Shown here piece by piece: positions 23,058 through 35,133 of a stretch of 64,000 bases of DNA. The notes beneath the pieces were generated by a model. That model was not told the DNA's origin and searched no databases. It was given only the letters and a program-made list of their open reading frames with translations. How positions within the stretch are numbered: the stretch's first letter is position 1; each line of letters begins with the position of its first letter. This DNA comes from Vicugna vicugna. Lineage: Eukaryota. Position numbers and translations under genes: made by a program. The stretch spans positions 2,985,308-3,049,307 of the forward strand of contig MU061578.1 in NCBI GenBank assembly GCA_013265495.1, in the 5' to 3' direction.

Positions 23058-23490
23058 CACTTTGACCTGAGCCACGGCTCCGCCCAGGTCAAGGCCCATG
23101 GCAAGAAGGTGGGCGATGCGCTGACCAAGGCTGCGGACCGCCTGGACGACCTGCCCAGTGCCCTGTCGGCTCTGAGTGATCTGCATGCCCACAAGCTGCG
23201 TGTGGACCCAGTCAACTTCAAGGTGAGCTTGTGGGTCGGCTGGGAGAGATCTGGGGTGGAAGGCACAGCGTCCCCGCTAGCAGGCTAGTAGGGCAGAGAA
23301 TGCAGTGTGGTTGCAGAGGTAGAGCGTGCCCCACGCCCCCTGACACCCCTTCTCTCTGCAGCTCCTGAGCCACTGCCTGCTGGTGACCGTGGCGGCCCAC
23401 CACCCTGGCGATTTCACCCCCGCGGTCCATGCCTCCCTGGACAAGTTCCTGACCAACGTGAGCACCGTGCTGACCTCCAAATACCGTTAA
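23058..23490 (+). CDS. HBA: Partial alpha-globin (copy 4, from His45; Arg72, Thr130); exon 2 part 23058-23222, exon 3 23362-23490; probably an uncollapsed allele of copy 3
   Basis: Repeats 22362-22939 at offset 696; shares the copy-3 3' UTR variant CCCGGCGCCC; CGC at 23139-23141. Confidence 0.7.
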
Positions 23491-24534
23491 GCTGGAGTCT
23501 TGGCGGTCCCTCCCCTTGCCCGGCGCCCTCCTGTGTTCTGGGCACCCTCACTTCCTGAACTTTGAATAAAGTCTGAGTGGGCTGCAGCCTCTGTAGCCTC
23601 ATTCTCTGTGTCTGTGAACCGGGCTGGGGTTGGGGTGGTTCTTGTCACAGACCAAGGAACTCTGGGAACTCAAGGAACTCTGCAGGGGAAGAGAGGGAAG
23701 GGGAATATGGGAGTAGGGAAATGGAGCTGGTCCTGCTAGCACTTCCTGGGATTCTCCGGGCAGTGCCCACCCTCACCCTGGAGTGCTTTGCTGAGTACAT
23801 TCACCCCTTCCTGCATTTCATTCCAGAGCCTTGCTGATTCAACTAGAGTTTGCTCACCTAATGGATTTTTTTTTTCTGTCTATATTTTATGTGCTGAGAG
23901 TTGGTGGACTCCCAGCCTAGGACCTCAGAGCCCTCCCAGGTCTTCTTCCAGAGTAGAGTGGTGGGGACAACACAGAGATCACACTTCTTCAGAGTCACCC
24001 TGAGTGCCCCCTCCCCATCAAGTGCCTCCCATGTATAGGCACAGTCAAGAAGAAATTAGGGGTGAGCAATGCCATCCCAGGGCTAGACAATTTCCTGAAG
24101 GCGCTCCTTTCACCTGGTACAGCCCCAAGACATTCACTCTGAAGACAAGGACATCACTGGGCCATTGAGGGTCTGAAGATCTGATTTTGGGGCTCAGCTC
24201 AGGATCCACTGCCCTGCTGTGAGGCCCACTGACTCCCCCCTAGCTCTTCAGTGGAGAGCAGAAGCCAGGGTCAGACCATCTGCACTCAGACATGTGTCCT
24301 CCCCATGAAGGATGCCCCTCATGCCTGTGGCTTGAGGTGCCCGGTCCTGACAGTCATCAAGCTCCCAAATGAGAGCAGTGTCTTTTCTTCCCTGGGCCTA
24401 AGTGTCGTCCTCAGAAAATGTAGTGGCAGATTCCCTCTCTCAGTGTGTGGTGCTTTTAGCCCAGCTAGTGGCCCAGTATGAGCTCCCAGTAAGTGGCAGT
24501 CTTCCTTATTTTATTATTAGGAAAAATGAGGACA

Positions 24535-24965
24535 TGGCTAGAGGTGGAAACAACCCCAATGTCCATCAACAGATGAGTGCACAAACAAAATGTGATCGAT
24601 CCATACAAGGGAATGTTATCTGGCCGTAAAAAGCAATAAAGTATTGATATATGCTACAACCTCAAAAACATGCCAAGCAAAAGAAATTAGACACAGAAGA
24701 CCATATATTACAGGATTCTATTTATATGAAATATCCAGAACAGGCAAATCCACAGAGACAGAGAGCAGACGGGTGATTGCCAGAGGCCAGAGGGGAGGGC
24801 TTATGGACTGACTGCATCATCTGTTTGGGATGATGAAAAAGTTCTGGAACTAAATAGTGGTGATGGTTGCACAACATTGTGAAGTACTTAAAGATACAAT
24901 CGTACACCTTAAAATGGCTAAGACAGTAAATTTTATGTCATATGAATTTCACCACAATTTTAAAA
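24535..24965 (+). mobile_element. L1M (L1MB/MC-like) 3' end
   Basis: GGAAACAACCCCAATGTCCATCAACAGATGAGTG..GGCAAATCCACAGAGACAGAGAGCAG..GATGAAAAAGTTCTGGAACTAAATAGTGGTGATGGTTGCACAACATTGTG. Confidence 0.8.
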
Positions 24966-25485
24966 AGGGGGGGAGTTGTATAGTGATGCCTAGCACAGAA
25001 TGAGTGCCGCATAGGTATTAGCTATTATTTGGAGATACATCCTAGGCACTCAATAAAACTCACTATTCTGAAAGGGGTGTCTGCCACGAGCTAGGCATAA
25101 CCATGGGAAGAAGGAATAGTTACCTTCATTATATACAATAAATGAGTAAATAGACTCAGAAAGGTGTAATAGACTCGGGCGGAAGGTAGAATAAACGGAC
25201 TCAATGCCAAAATCCATGCTAAAAGTCAAGGCTACCTAATAAAAAGAATCATGCTAAATATTAGTTTCCGTATAGTAAACACTTCAAAATGGGGGCCTCG
25301 GGGTCCAGGGAGACTGGGAAGTTCGGAACAGACGGTCCGTGGAGCGCTCCCGGGTGCCTCTGGGCCATATTCTGCCACCAGAGGCGTGGCGCCCCCGGGA
25401 GGACTTAGGAACCCGCGGGACGATTGGCGCAGGCGCAGCCCAGGCTCCACCAAGGAGCCGAGCGCGCAGCCGGCCAGGCTCCACT

Positions 25486-26115
25486 ATGGTGCTGGCGGCA
25501 GAGGACCAGGCTGCGGTGCGTGCGCTGTGGAGGAAGCTGGGTAGCAACGTTCACGTTTACACGACCGAGGCCCTGGAGAGGTGCGCACAGGCCCCGGTGC
25601 CTCCGGGCTTGCGCGCTGGGGGAATGAGCCCCACACCTCCCGGCCCCCTTCCTCCCCAACCCCCACCTCCAGGACACGCCTCACTCGCCGTTCCCCCTGC
25701 AGGACCTTCCTGGCCTTCCCTTCCACCGAGACCTACTTCCACCTGAGTCCCCGCTCCGCGCAGGTCAGAGCCCACGGCGAGAAGGTGGCCTTCGCCCTGA
25801 CCGTCGCCTTGGACCACCTGGATGACCTACCCCGCGCCCTGTCTGCTCTGCGCGTGCTGCACTCGCACAAGCTGCGCTTGGACCCTGTCAACTTCAAGGT
25901 GAGATCGCACGCGAGGGGGAGGGGACTCCCATCAGAGAAGGGTGTTGGGGATGCACCTGAGTGGGGACGACTCCCTTTCTCTGCAGCTGCTGGGCCACAG
26001 CCTGCTGGTGACCCTTGCCCAGCACTACCCCGGAGACTTCAGCTCCGCCCTGCAAGCCTCGCTGGACAAGTTTCTGAGGCACGTGATTTCTGCGTTGGCT
26101 CCCAGCTGTCGCTAA
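25486..26115 (+). CDS. HBQ1: Hemoglobin subunit theta-1-like, open frame with a 9-nt deletion (139 aa; possibly an incipient pseudogene); exons 25486-25580, 25703-25898, 25987-26115
   Basis: [120 protein letters not shown]; theta-type motifs ([36 protein letters not shown]); position after HBA. Confidence 0.9.
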
Positions 26116-26934
26116 ATTGAGTGGATGATCGCGAGACCCTCCAGTGTTTGAGTGAAGTCCCCAGAGCCTCAGCTGCGCATGTGTTCTGTCTAAGGGAGCG
26201 CTCCAGAGGCCTGGCGGGGTCGAGGGAGAGGGGCCATCACTTCCAAAGACGGGGTCTGAGGACCCCCAAGTCGCACACCCTCAATCATTAGATACCGGCG
26301 CGGACGCTCGGCCCCCGGTAGCCTAAGGCAAGTCTGGACAGCGGGTCCCAAATTCCACATGGTAAATACCTATCCACCGTGCCCTTGGCCGCGGCCACTT
26401 CGAGGTACAGACTTGGGGCTTCCGCTGCTCGGGAATGGGGGGCAGGTGGGGCAGCCGGACCACTCTGCCGGCTGCTCTCAGATCCACCTAGAATGGAGGG
26501 CCAGTCCAGGCCACACGCGGCACAGCCTGGGAGAAACTTAGGGACCCGCGCGGACCGGAACTGCACAACCGTACAAAGCGCATCTGGAAGGTGTTGGGGA
26601 CTTTGGAAATCCGGGAGGCTTGGGGTGAAGAGCCCCCGGTTTGCTAGGGCCTGGTGGAAGGAGGTGTGTCAGCGGGAGACAAGGCGGATCAGGGAGCCAG
26701 CTCAGAGTCCTGTCCACGGACCACATTTCTCAGGAAACAGACCTTAGCGCTTCTTTCTTGCCAAATTTTTTCCTCATAAAGTCAATCGTGCTCATTGCAG
26801 AAACTTCAGAAAAACTACTCCAGTTGCTGCACCTGCCTATTGTATCCCAGTAGGTCCCACACTCCATTATTGTTACTTTCCCCTTGACACATGGGGAAAC
26901 TGAACAAATGGGGTCTGATCCAGCACACGTGTGA

Positions 26935-26935
<1 letters not shown>

Positions 26936-26970
<35 letters not shown>
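26936..26970. repeat. (CA)n microsatellite
   Basis: About 17 CA units. Confidence 0.95.
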
Positions 26971-26972
<2 letters not shown>

Positions 26973-27870
26973 CCCCTCTTATCCTCAGGTGGTATATTCC
27001 AAGACCCCCAGCGGATGCCTGAAACCTGATAGTACCTACCCCCAAGTATGCTATATTTTTTCCTGTACATACACACCTATAGTAAATTTAATTTATAAAT
27101 GAGGCACAAAAAGAGAGTAACAGCAGTAACTAATAATAAAATAGAACAATTATGGCAATGTACTGTATTAAAACCTATGTGAATGTGATCTCTCTCTCAA
27201 AATACACTGTACAAATTTAATGCCTTTTCCTATCTTAACACCAGAACACTTATCACACACCGTGGCTGTAACTTGCTGTTTGAGGTGTGACAGCAAGACA
27301 GCATGAATTTGTTTCCTTCACAATTCCACAGAAGATTCGTTTTTACCGTAGATCTTAACCAACTCAGCATCCAATTTTTTGTTGAACTTTGACCTTTCCA
27401 CTTAAAGGAAGCACTTCACGTTTTCTCTTTGGCGTATCTGAATTGCTGGCATCACTCCTCTTGTGTTTTGGGGCCATTATGAAGTAAAATAAGGGTGACT
27501 CTGAACACAAGCACTGAGCTCCTGGGACAGTCCATCTGGTAACAGAAGGCTATGTGACTAACGGACAGTATACACAGGACAAAGATGATTCATGTCCCAG
27601 GGTTGGGAGGATGGAGTGGGACACCCAGAGATTTCATCATGGTACTAGAAAGCTGCCCATTTTAAAACACGAATTGTTTATTTCTGGAATTTTCCATTTA
27701 GTAGTTTCAGACTTGGGTAATTATGTTTATTTATTTATTTTTTACTGGAGGTGCTGGGGAATTGAACCCAGGACCTGGTACATGCTAAGCATGCACTCTA
27801 CCACTGAGCTATAGCCTCCTCCGGTATTTTCCGACTTGGATTGACCATAGATAAGTGAAAGCATAAAAGC
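26969..27870 (+). mobile_element. Tigger7/MER44-like non-autonomous DNA transposon, interrupted by a SINE
   Basis: Begins CAGTCCCCTCTTATCCTCAGG..TTCCAAGACCCCCAGCGGATGCCTGAAACC, resembling the MER44 left end (from memory). Confidence 0.55.
27726..27821 (-). mobile_element. Camelid tRNA-derived SINE (Vic-1-like)
   Basis: Reverse complement of GGAGGAGGCTATAGCTCAGTGGTAGAGTGCATGCTTAGCATGTACCAGGTCCTGGGTTCAATTCCCCAGCACCTCC plus (TAAA)n tail. Confidence 0.85.
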
Positions 27871-28418
27871 GGAAGAGACACCACACAGACACAGATGCCA
27901 GCACCCACAGGCAGAAACACCCCACAGACAAGGTAACGTGTAATGTGCAGTCTTCCAGGCCCTTCTAGGCACATTTATTTAGAGAGATTTCTCTTAAGAA
28001 ATTGTATCCTCAAAGTGCCCCTGGAAAAAGTGGACGCACTGGACTATATATAAAGAAAAAAAACTCAGTATGGGAGTAAAAGACACCATAAGCAAAGTTA
28101 AAAGAGGAACCAGGAGAAAAATATTTGCCACAAACAGCAGACAAAGGGTTGTCTTTTCTCTACAAGATCCAAATTCTTTTTTCTCACCCTATCTTTATTT
28201 TTTACATCAGTCAACCCTATAGAAGCAGCAGCCAAAGGACAAACAGGCAACTCAGTGTACCAATGGCCAACAGACATTTCAAAGAGGCTCAAGGACATGC
28301 AAATTAAAATGCTCATTGACACCTGTCAGGGAAACATTTTTAAAAAGACAAGATCCAATACACTTCTGGTGGAAGTGTAACTTAGTATAAACCCTTTGGG
28401 AGGGTAATCCAGTTGTAA

Positions 28419-28810
28419 GCAGTTGTGCTCTGGTAAATGTTTAATAACTGGCACTCTAGCAGAAGGGAAAGGGAGCTGATTTGCAGCACTTGGCCAATTT
28501 CCATGGTGTAAATAGACCATCATGGTTGATTTCAGGCTATCAAATAGGCTGTCACCGAATGGGAAATTAGGAAGAGATGTTTAGTAGCCGCTACTGCATT
28601 GTATTTCCACTGTCCAAATACAAGAGGCATGAGCATACAGCAAAATGTAGTAACATAATTAGACATAATCAGTTTTCAGTATTTACTACTTTTGTTTTTA
28701 ACATGACCTATCTATCTGTAAAGTACTATAACTGAATTTTTAATAGTGGTTGTGTTTAGCAAAAAGCCGTCAAAAGTCCTGGAAATTTAATCTGAGCTAA
28801 TATCACTGGT
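28419..28810. mobile_element. hAT-family (MER63-like) DNA transposon relic
   Basis: CAGTTGTGCTCTGGTAAATGTTTAATAACTGGC at the left end and ..GAGCTAATATCACTGG at the right end resemble MER63 termini (from memory). Confidence 0.4.
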
Positions 28811-29949
28811 TGTGTCCTTTAAATCCCCAAAGCGCAAATTCTCTAAGCCTGCAGTCCTGTTTCTGGGATTTATCCTCCAGAAAACAGGCACACATATGAA
28901 GATGTATGCACAGTGGCGTTCTTTGCAGAATTGTTTATCAAAGCAGAGAAAAAAATAAGAAAAAATATGGCACACAACAAACATATTCATCAATGAGAGA
29001 AGTTTAAACACAATGGTAGAGGCACACAGGGACGTCAGCCTCCAGGCACAGACACTGAATAATGCCAAGATGTTCTTAAAACACGCTGCAGGTCAGTGTG
29101 TAGAGAGTAAGTCGTTTCATATTAACGTAGTCACAAGAAAACTTCAACTATCACCGCACTTCATATAATCCCAGAAAAGGAAAGTGGTAGGGGTATGAGT
29201 GATTTTTCACTTGCATGTTTTTCATTTTCACAAATAATTTGCTGAAAACCTTACCTTACTTGTAGCTAAAATTCTACACACAAACATACCAACACAATGA
29301 CCTCCTTGGGGGATCTTTATAGGAGTGGAATTTCTGGGGTGAATGGTATGCCCCCTACTATGGCTTTTTGGTAACACTGCCAAAACTGCCCTCCTCACAG
29401 CTTTGCCTGCACCCCACCTCAGCCCCTACTCACCACGTTACTGGCAGTGGTGACTACTGCTCGCTCGGTCCTGACTCCTGTGTGCATGTTGCCCGTTCTC
29501 CCAGCACGGCCTTCTCTTGTCAGGTTAACCCACAGGTGACCCTCAGTGGACCTGCAAAGGCCTTCAGTCCGTTTTACACATTGAAATAGCCCATTTTTTT
29601 CTCTTTATTTCTTGGGGGGACATCTTTCCTGTAAATACCCTAACTCTTTCTTTAGGCCTCTGGACCCTGTCACATTCCAAAGCTTTGCTGGCTCTGTGCT
29701 CCACCTCCAACCTGGCAAGACAAGAGGTGAGAGGACCATTTATGGGTAATTATACATTACCCACATGGATAAAACGGTTTAAACCTTCTTAAAAGCATCA
29801 AAGAGCAAACAAGATAAAGAATTTTCAGACCAGAAACCAAGTAAAGGTGATCACAGCACCTAAGCCAGTTGGGTTCTGAGGTATTCGCCAAAACTACCAA
29901 ACTTAAGCTGGAGTATTTTTCCTCATGAGGCAAACAGGTTTTCATCAAC

Positions 29950-30400
29950 TTTAGATTCGGCTTCCTACTGCTGATGTAACAAAAACTTATTGACTGAAAA
30001 CAATGCAAGTTTTTTCTCTTACAGTTCAGGAGGGCACAAGACCAAAATCAGTTTCCCTATGCTGAGCTCAAGGTGTCAGCAGGACTGTGCTCTCTTGGGA
30101 AGCTCTAGCAGAAAGTCCTCTCCTCACTTCTCCAGCCTCTACAACTGTACCCTTGGTTCTCGGACCCACCCTCCAGCTTTAAAGCTGGTAGCATCTTGCC
30201 TTCTCCAGTGGTTAAATCTGTCTCCCATTTATAAGGACCTTTGTGATACATTAGCCCCACCTGGATAATCCAGAACAGTCACCCCCATTTGAAAATCTTT
30301 ATCACATCTTCAAAAGCCTCTGGCCATATAAGGAAATATTCACAGGTTGCAGGGATTAGGACCTCTCAGCCTCTGGGAGCTACCACCCAGCCTAATGCAG
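29950..30400. mobile_element. MaLR (MLT1-like) LTR
   Basis: CTCTTACAGTTCAGGAGGGCACAAGACCAAAATCAG..ATAAGGACCTTTGTGATACATTAGCCCCACCTGGATAATCCAG..CACAGGTTGCAGGGATTAGGAC are MLT1 motifs. Confidence 0.7.
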
Positions 30401-30789
30401 TATACTAAGTATGCAAGCTGTAAATTCTGGGGTAGGAATACAAAGGGTGGAAAGGGTGTGATTTCCAAACTAACACAGAGTAAAAAATAGAATGTTAAAA
30501 TGTTCTAAAACAATCCCTTCAAAATGGGCAAAATGGAGAGGTAAAGAAAGGGAAGGGGTATGACAAATGGAAAGCCCCCAAAAAGATGGTATCAACAAAA
30601 CCAAGTATATTGTTAACTACACTTTGTGACTTACCTGATCCAAATAAAGGAAAAAGATCAGACATGACTTAAATGTATAAATAGAGCAAAAAGAAGTGTC
30701 ACTAGTAACAATGGTGGACCCCGTGCACCTAATTCCTGGTGGTCCTCCATGTAGTCACCTTCCTTTGTAGCTCTTTTTACTTTTAATAG

Positions 30790-31375
30790 TGCAATACACA
30801 ATACACATTTACCATTCCAACTGAATTGTACAATTCAGTGGCATTTAGTACATTCACAATGGTGTGCAACCATCACCTCTATCTGGTTCCAGAACTTTCT
30901 CATCCTCTAAAAGGAGACCCCGTGTCCATTTCCCTCTCCACACAACCCTTGAAAACCACTAACCTACCTTCTGTGTGGATTTACTGATCCTGGAGATTTC
31001 ATACAAATGTAACCACACAGGATGTGGCCTTTTGTGTCTGGCTTGCTAGCTAGCCTTTTTCAAGGTTCATTCAGGTTGCAGCATGCATCAGAACTTTTCA
31101 GTCCTTTTTAGGGCAAATAATATTCCACTGCAGGAACAGCCATCTTGCTTTGTGTACCCATTCATCTGCTGATGGAGATCTGGTTTCCACCTTTTGGCTA
31201 TTGTGAATACTACAAACATGTGTACAAGTACTTACATCCTTGTTTTCAACTCTCCTGGGTGTTACCTCTAAGAGTGGAATTGCTGGTTCCTATGGTAACT
31301 CCCTTCACATTGTTGAGGAACTGCCAGGCTGTGTTCCATTGAGGCTCCGATTGCTCCAAGTCCTCTATAGCACTG
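30790..31375 (-). mobile_element. L1MB-like 3' end
   Basis: GTACAATTCAGTGGCATTTAGTACATTCACAATGGTGTGCAACCATCACC..GAGTGGAATTGCTGG. Confidence 0.75.
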
Positions 31376-31430
31376 TCTGTGTCTTTCTCTCCTTCCCTCC
31401 CTTTGTACCTTTTAAAACTATGGCCATGCT

Positions 31431-31512
31431 GGGGGGGGTATAACTCAGCAATAAAGTGCATACTTATCATGCATGAGGTCCTGAGTTTAATCCCCAGTAC
31501 CTCCATTAAAAA
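31431..31512 (+). mobile_element. Camelid tRNA-derived SINE (Vic-1-like), degenerate
   Basis: GGGGGGGGTATAACTCAGCAATAAAGTGCATACTTATCATGCATGAGGTCCTGAGTTTAATCCCCAGTACCTCC; flanked by ATGGCCATGCT direct repeats. Confidence 0.75.
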
Positions 31513-34500
31513 TTTAAGAAGTCATCTTAAAATGATGGCCATGCTAGTTGGTACTATGAGTTGCTTTTAACCCACAGAATTCAAGAAGGGAATGGGATGT
31601 CACTCCAGGACATGTGCAATGCTTATCTTGCTAGATCCTCTCCCTTACTGGCTTTGCAGAAGCAAGCGTCCACGCGGTGGGCTACTCTGTGCTGAGGCTG
31701 GGAAGTCACAGAACACTGCAACAACCAGGTGAGCTAGGAAGGACCCTTCTTCCACACAGCCCCCGATGAGACCCCTTGACTGCAGTCTCTGAGAACCCTA
31801 AGGCTCAAAAACCATGAGGCAGTTAAGTGTATTGTGTCAAGCAGTTGGGTTTGTGGTGAATTTCCACATAGCAGGAAGACTGAAGCCCTCCGGCAGGAAC
31901 TATAAGAAAATGGAGGCTCCCAGGAGCTGGTAATGTTCTATTTGTGGACGTGAGGGCCTGCTTCTCATCCTCTGAACAAAGTGTTTTGTGCTCTCTGAAT
32001 AGGAAAGAGCCTGGGCCTGGACTGGGGTTGATTCGTCTTGATTCCCAGGCAGACTGGACTTCGGCGGGGGCTCCCAAGGAGGTATACTAGCAGCCTCAGA
32101 AGGCTGCCCAGGACAATATAATACCGTATTGCAATATATCACAGTATTATATAATTACATTATTATATATACAATAATACTTTAAGTTGCTGACAGTTGA
32201 GCTTAAAGAAAGAAAACTGGGGGACCATGTTTGGGGACAGATGTTAATCTGACTTCTGTTATTACTTCACAATACACACATATATAAATCATTGTGTGGC
32301 ACACCTGAAACTAAAAACATTATTTGTTAATCATACCTCAATACAAATTTAAGCCTGAAGCTGGCCAGGGTCCAGGTGGGGGAATTCCCCTTGGCTAGCT
32401 GATCACAACTTCTCTCTCCCACAGGCTGTCTGAGTGACACAGGGATGCCAGCTGGCCAGGAGGGGAGAGGAGCACGTGGGATGTGAGCCAGGGGCCCCAG
32501 CATGGGAAAGAGAGAAGAGCAGAACCAAGAAGCAGGAAAGTGCCAGAGGACTATGAGTGTTGAGACAAAGGGACCCTGGGGAGGGAGGGCCGCCTAGTGG
32601 CAGACCTTGTGCCTGTCCACAAGCAGCCTCCTGCGCTGGACAGTACCTGCGGGTGTGGTGAGGAAGAGGACAAAGTGGACACCGTGCCAGCACCAAGGGC
32701 ATGATGACTCAACCTCCTAAGGTCCACGAAGAACAAGAATTACCTTCCAAGTGCACTTAGGAGACCCCACAATCCACACAAGGTGTTGACCACGTCACAC
32801 TCCACCCCCACCACTGGCCAGAAGCATGGAGTGGTGCGGGAGTCCCTCTGAGAATGTGGTGACAGGGAGGGGCTGAGGGCACCACACAGTCTTGGGATTA
32901 ACCAAAAGGGCTTGGAATCCACCATGACCTCGGGCCCTGGAGGATCTGTACCTACTGGCTTAGCTGACCCATCTCTCTCCAGGGTTGCAATCCCCTCCTG
33001 ACTTGCATCCCTGCTCCTTCCTGATAAAACAAATGATTCCTCAAGGGATTGTGTTCTCAAATAGTTGGGGGGGGGAGGAGGGCTCAAGGTGGGTGGTGCC
33101 CTTTGGCCCAAACCCCCTTCTCTAAACACCTTCCAGGTCCCCATCAGGAAGCTGCTCTCTGTTGGGACCCACCCAGTGTGAGATGTGGCATGTTCAGAGC
33201 ACTCCCATACCCTGGAGTGTGCACCGCCCTCACCAGTCTGACTTCTTTCACTGCCCACCCAGAGTGAAGGGCTGTAGCCAGTCTGCTGCACTCCTGCACC
33301 CAGGAGTCTGGCCAGCACTAGGAATGTGAGGCTCGGGCCTGAGGCAATCAGGTTCTCCACCCCTGTGGTCACACCTGGGGTATGCCAGGGGCAGGCAGAT
33401 GCCTCCAGCACTGAGACTGGAAGAGCCTGGTAGCAAGGGCTCCCAACACTTGGTCAGGGATGAGTGACCAGCATCCACGTGGGAAGGGGGGAGCAGCAGC
33501 TGCCCTCTCGACTGTCCTGGGCATCTCTACCGCTGCCCCATCTGCTTTCTGGCTGGGACCCCAGGCCTACTCCTAAGTCCAGGGACATTGTCTTCCCTGT
33601 CTTTTCAAAACCACTCCTCCACGATGGTCATGACTGCACAGCTTGAGCACACCAAATGCCACTCAACTGAATGCTCACAAATGGTTAGAACGGTAGAGTC
33701 AAAAAAAAAACCCCAAACATCACTCCAGGGGGTGAAGAAAGGAGGTGAGAGGTACTGTGTGAGCCCGGCTCCCGGCTGTGCCCCCAACGCTGCCTGCTTC
33801 AGTCCAGCCCCTGACCACCACAGGCCGGGCTGAAGAGCTGAGTTGGGAACCCACGATCCCAGCTCTCATTCCCTCCCAGGACCACCTTTTTCCCACTCAA
33901 GGCTTTCCACCAACTTGTACCCACTTCCCAAACACAGGAAGGGGGCACCTCCTCCCAGGTAACTTGCATCCATACCACCCCCCAAGCAGAAATACTCACC
34001 CTTGCTTTTTGGTAGGCTCCTACTGTGAACAGATGTTCCAGTGTTCTAACCCAGCCTGGGTCAGGGTAGTGCTCCTTGTGTGGAGGGACACCATCCTGAC
34101 ACTGCACCCCCTTCCCGTGGAGAGCTGGCCAGGGAAGACCCACATCACAGGGCAGCAGAGCAGCCCACTGACCCACGTCCTCCCAGAATGAGACAGACTG
34201 TCGCAGGTGAGCCTGGAGCACATCATGGCACTGGTGGCCACATGCTCCAGACCCAGTGTCCATGTACCCAATGAGCCAAGCAGGCTCTGCAGAGGGGTGG
34301 GGGTGACTTTCACAATGTAGCCATCAGATGCTCCGTCAAAAAATAAACCTCCTCCCTGCAGAAAGTGGAAAGAGGAAAGAGCTCCCAGTTACACTTTTCA
34401 GAAGGGCTGACTTAAGTCTCTTGGTACATGCAGAAGGGCTGAGGGAGGGTGGGTACCACCACCAGCTCTCCCTACGTGTGAGTAAAGCCAGACCCTGACC

Positions 34501-34949
34501 CAAAAGCCAGCACGCCCTTCTCTAAGGACCTCATGGCTGTCATGTGGATACTGTCCAAGGGCCTTTCTTTGCTCTAAGTAACTCCAAAAGAGGGGATTGC
34601 AGCTCCTCTGCACTCAAGCACCAGGCTGAAGCTGCTGACCAAAACCCAGACAGGCAGCCCTCCAGAGAAATGGGTGCAGAAGAGGGCAGCTCCAACACAC
34701 AGGAAGGACACGTGGAGCCAAGAGCAGACGACTGGACACATCTGGCTCGAGCCCATCTGGGGGTCAAGGGCATGCAGCATGTCACATGCCCAAAGTCAAA
34801 GGGAGTCCAACAGCAAGTCACATCTCTAGGATGAGCTCAGAGATGGACCCCCATGTGTCACCCCCACCCGTGGAAGCCTCAATGATGTCTAGTGCACCAG
34901 GGACAGCAGAGACCGCACAGCGGCCGTCAGGAGGCAGTCTGTCAGGTTG

Positions 34950-34955
34950 TTTATT
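34950..34955 (-). terminator. LUC7L: LUC7L polyadenylation signal (AATAAA)
   Basis: TTTATT on the + strand, about 180 nt downstream of the LUC7L stop codon. Confidence 0.7.
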
Positions 34956-35133
34956 CCCACTCAACATATCCCAGAACACATGGGCAACTCTGTACATCTC
35001 TAGGAATTCACAGCTAGCTCCAAAACAATAGAAATGTTAAACTACAAAAGATGAGTTGTATTCAGCAAATATAAAGGTAACGTTAGGCTGTGTCAGACGT
35101 TCATTGGACTATTTACAGCTCCTTGGGGTAGGT

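Noticed and set aside
12069..23602. Antisense and alternate-frame ORFs overlapping the globin genes
   Set aside because: Shadows of GC-rich globin coding sequence, repeated only because the genes are repeated
26200..34900. Equivalent of the human alpha-globin 3' hypervariable repeat, or an additional globin gene between HBQ1 and LUC7L
   Set aside because: No tandem array or globin exon visible; the region is mainly old interspersed repeats and unique GC-rich DNA
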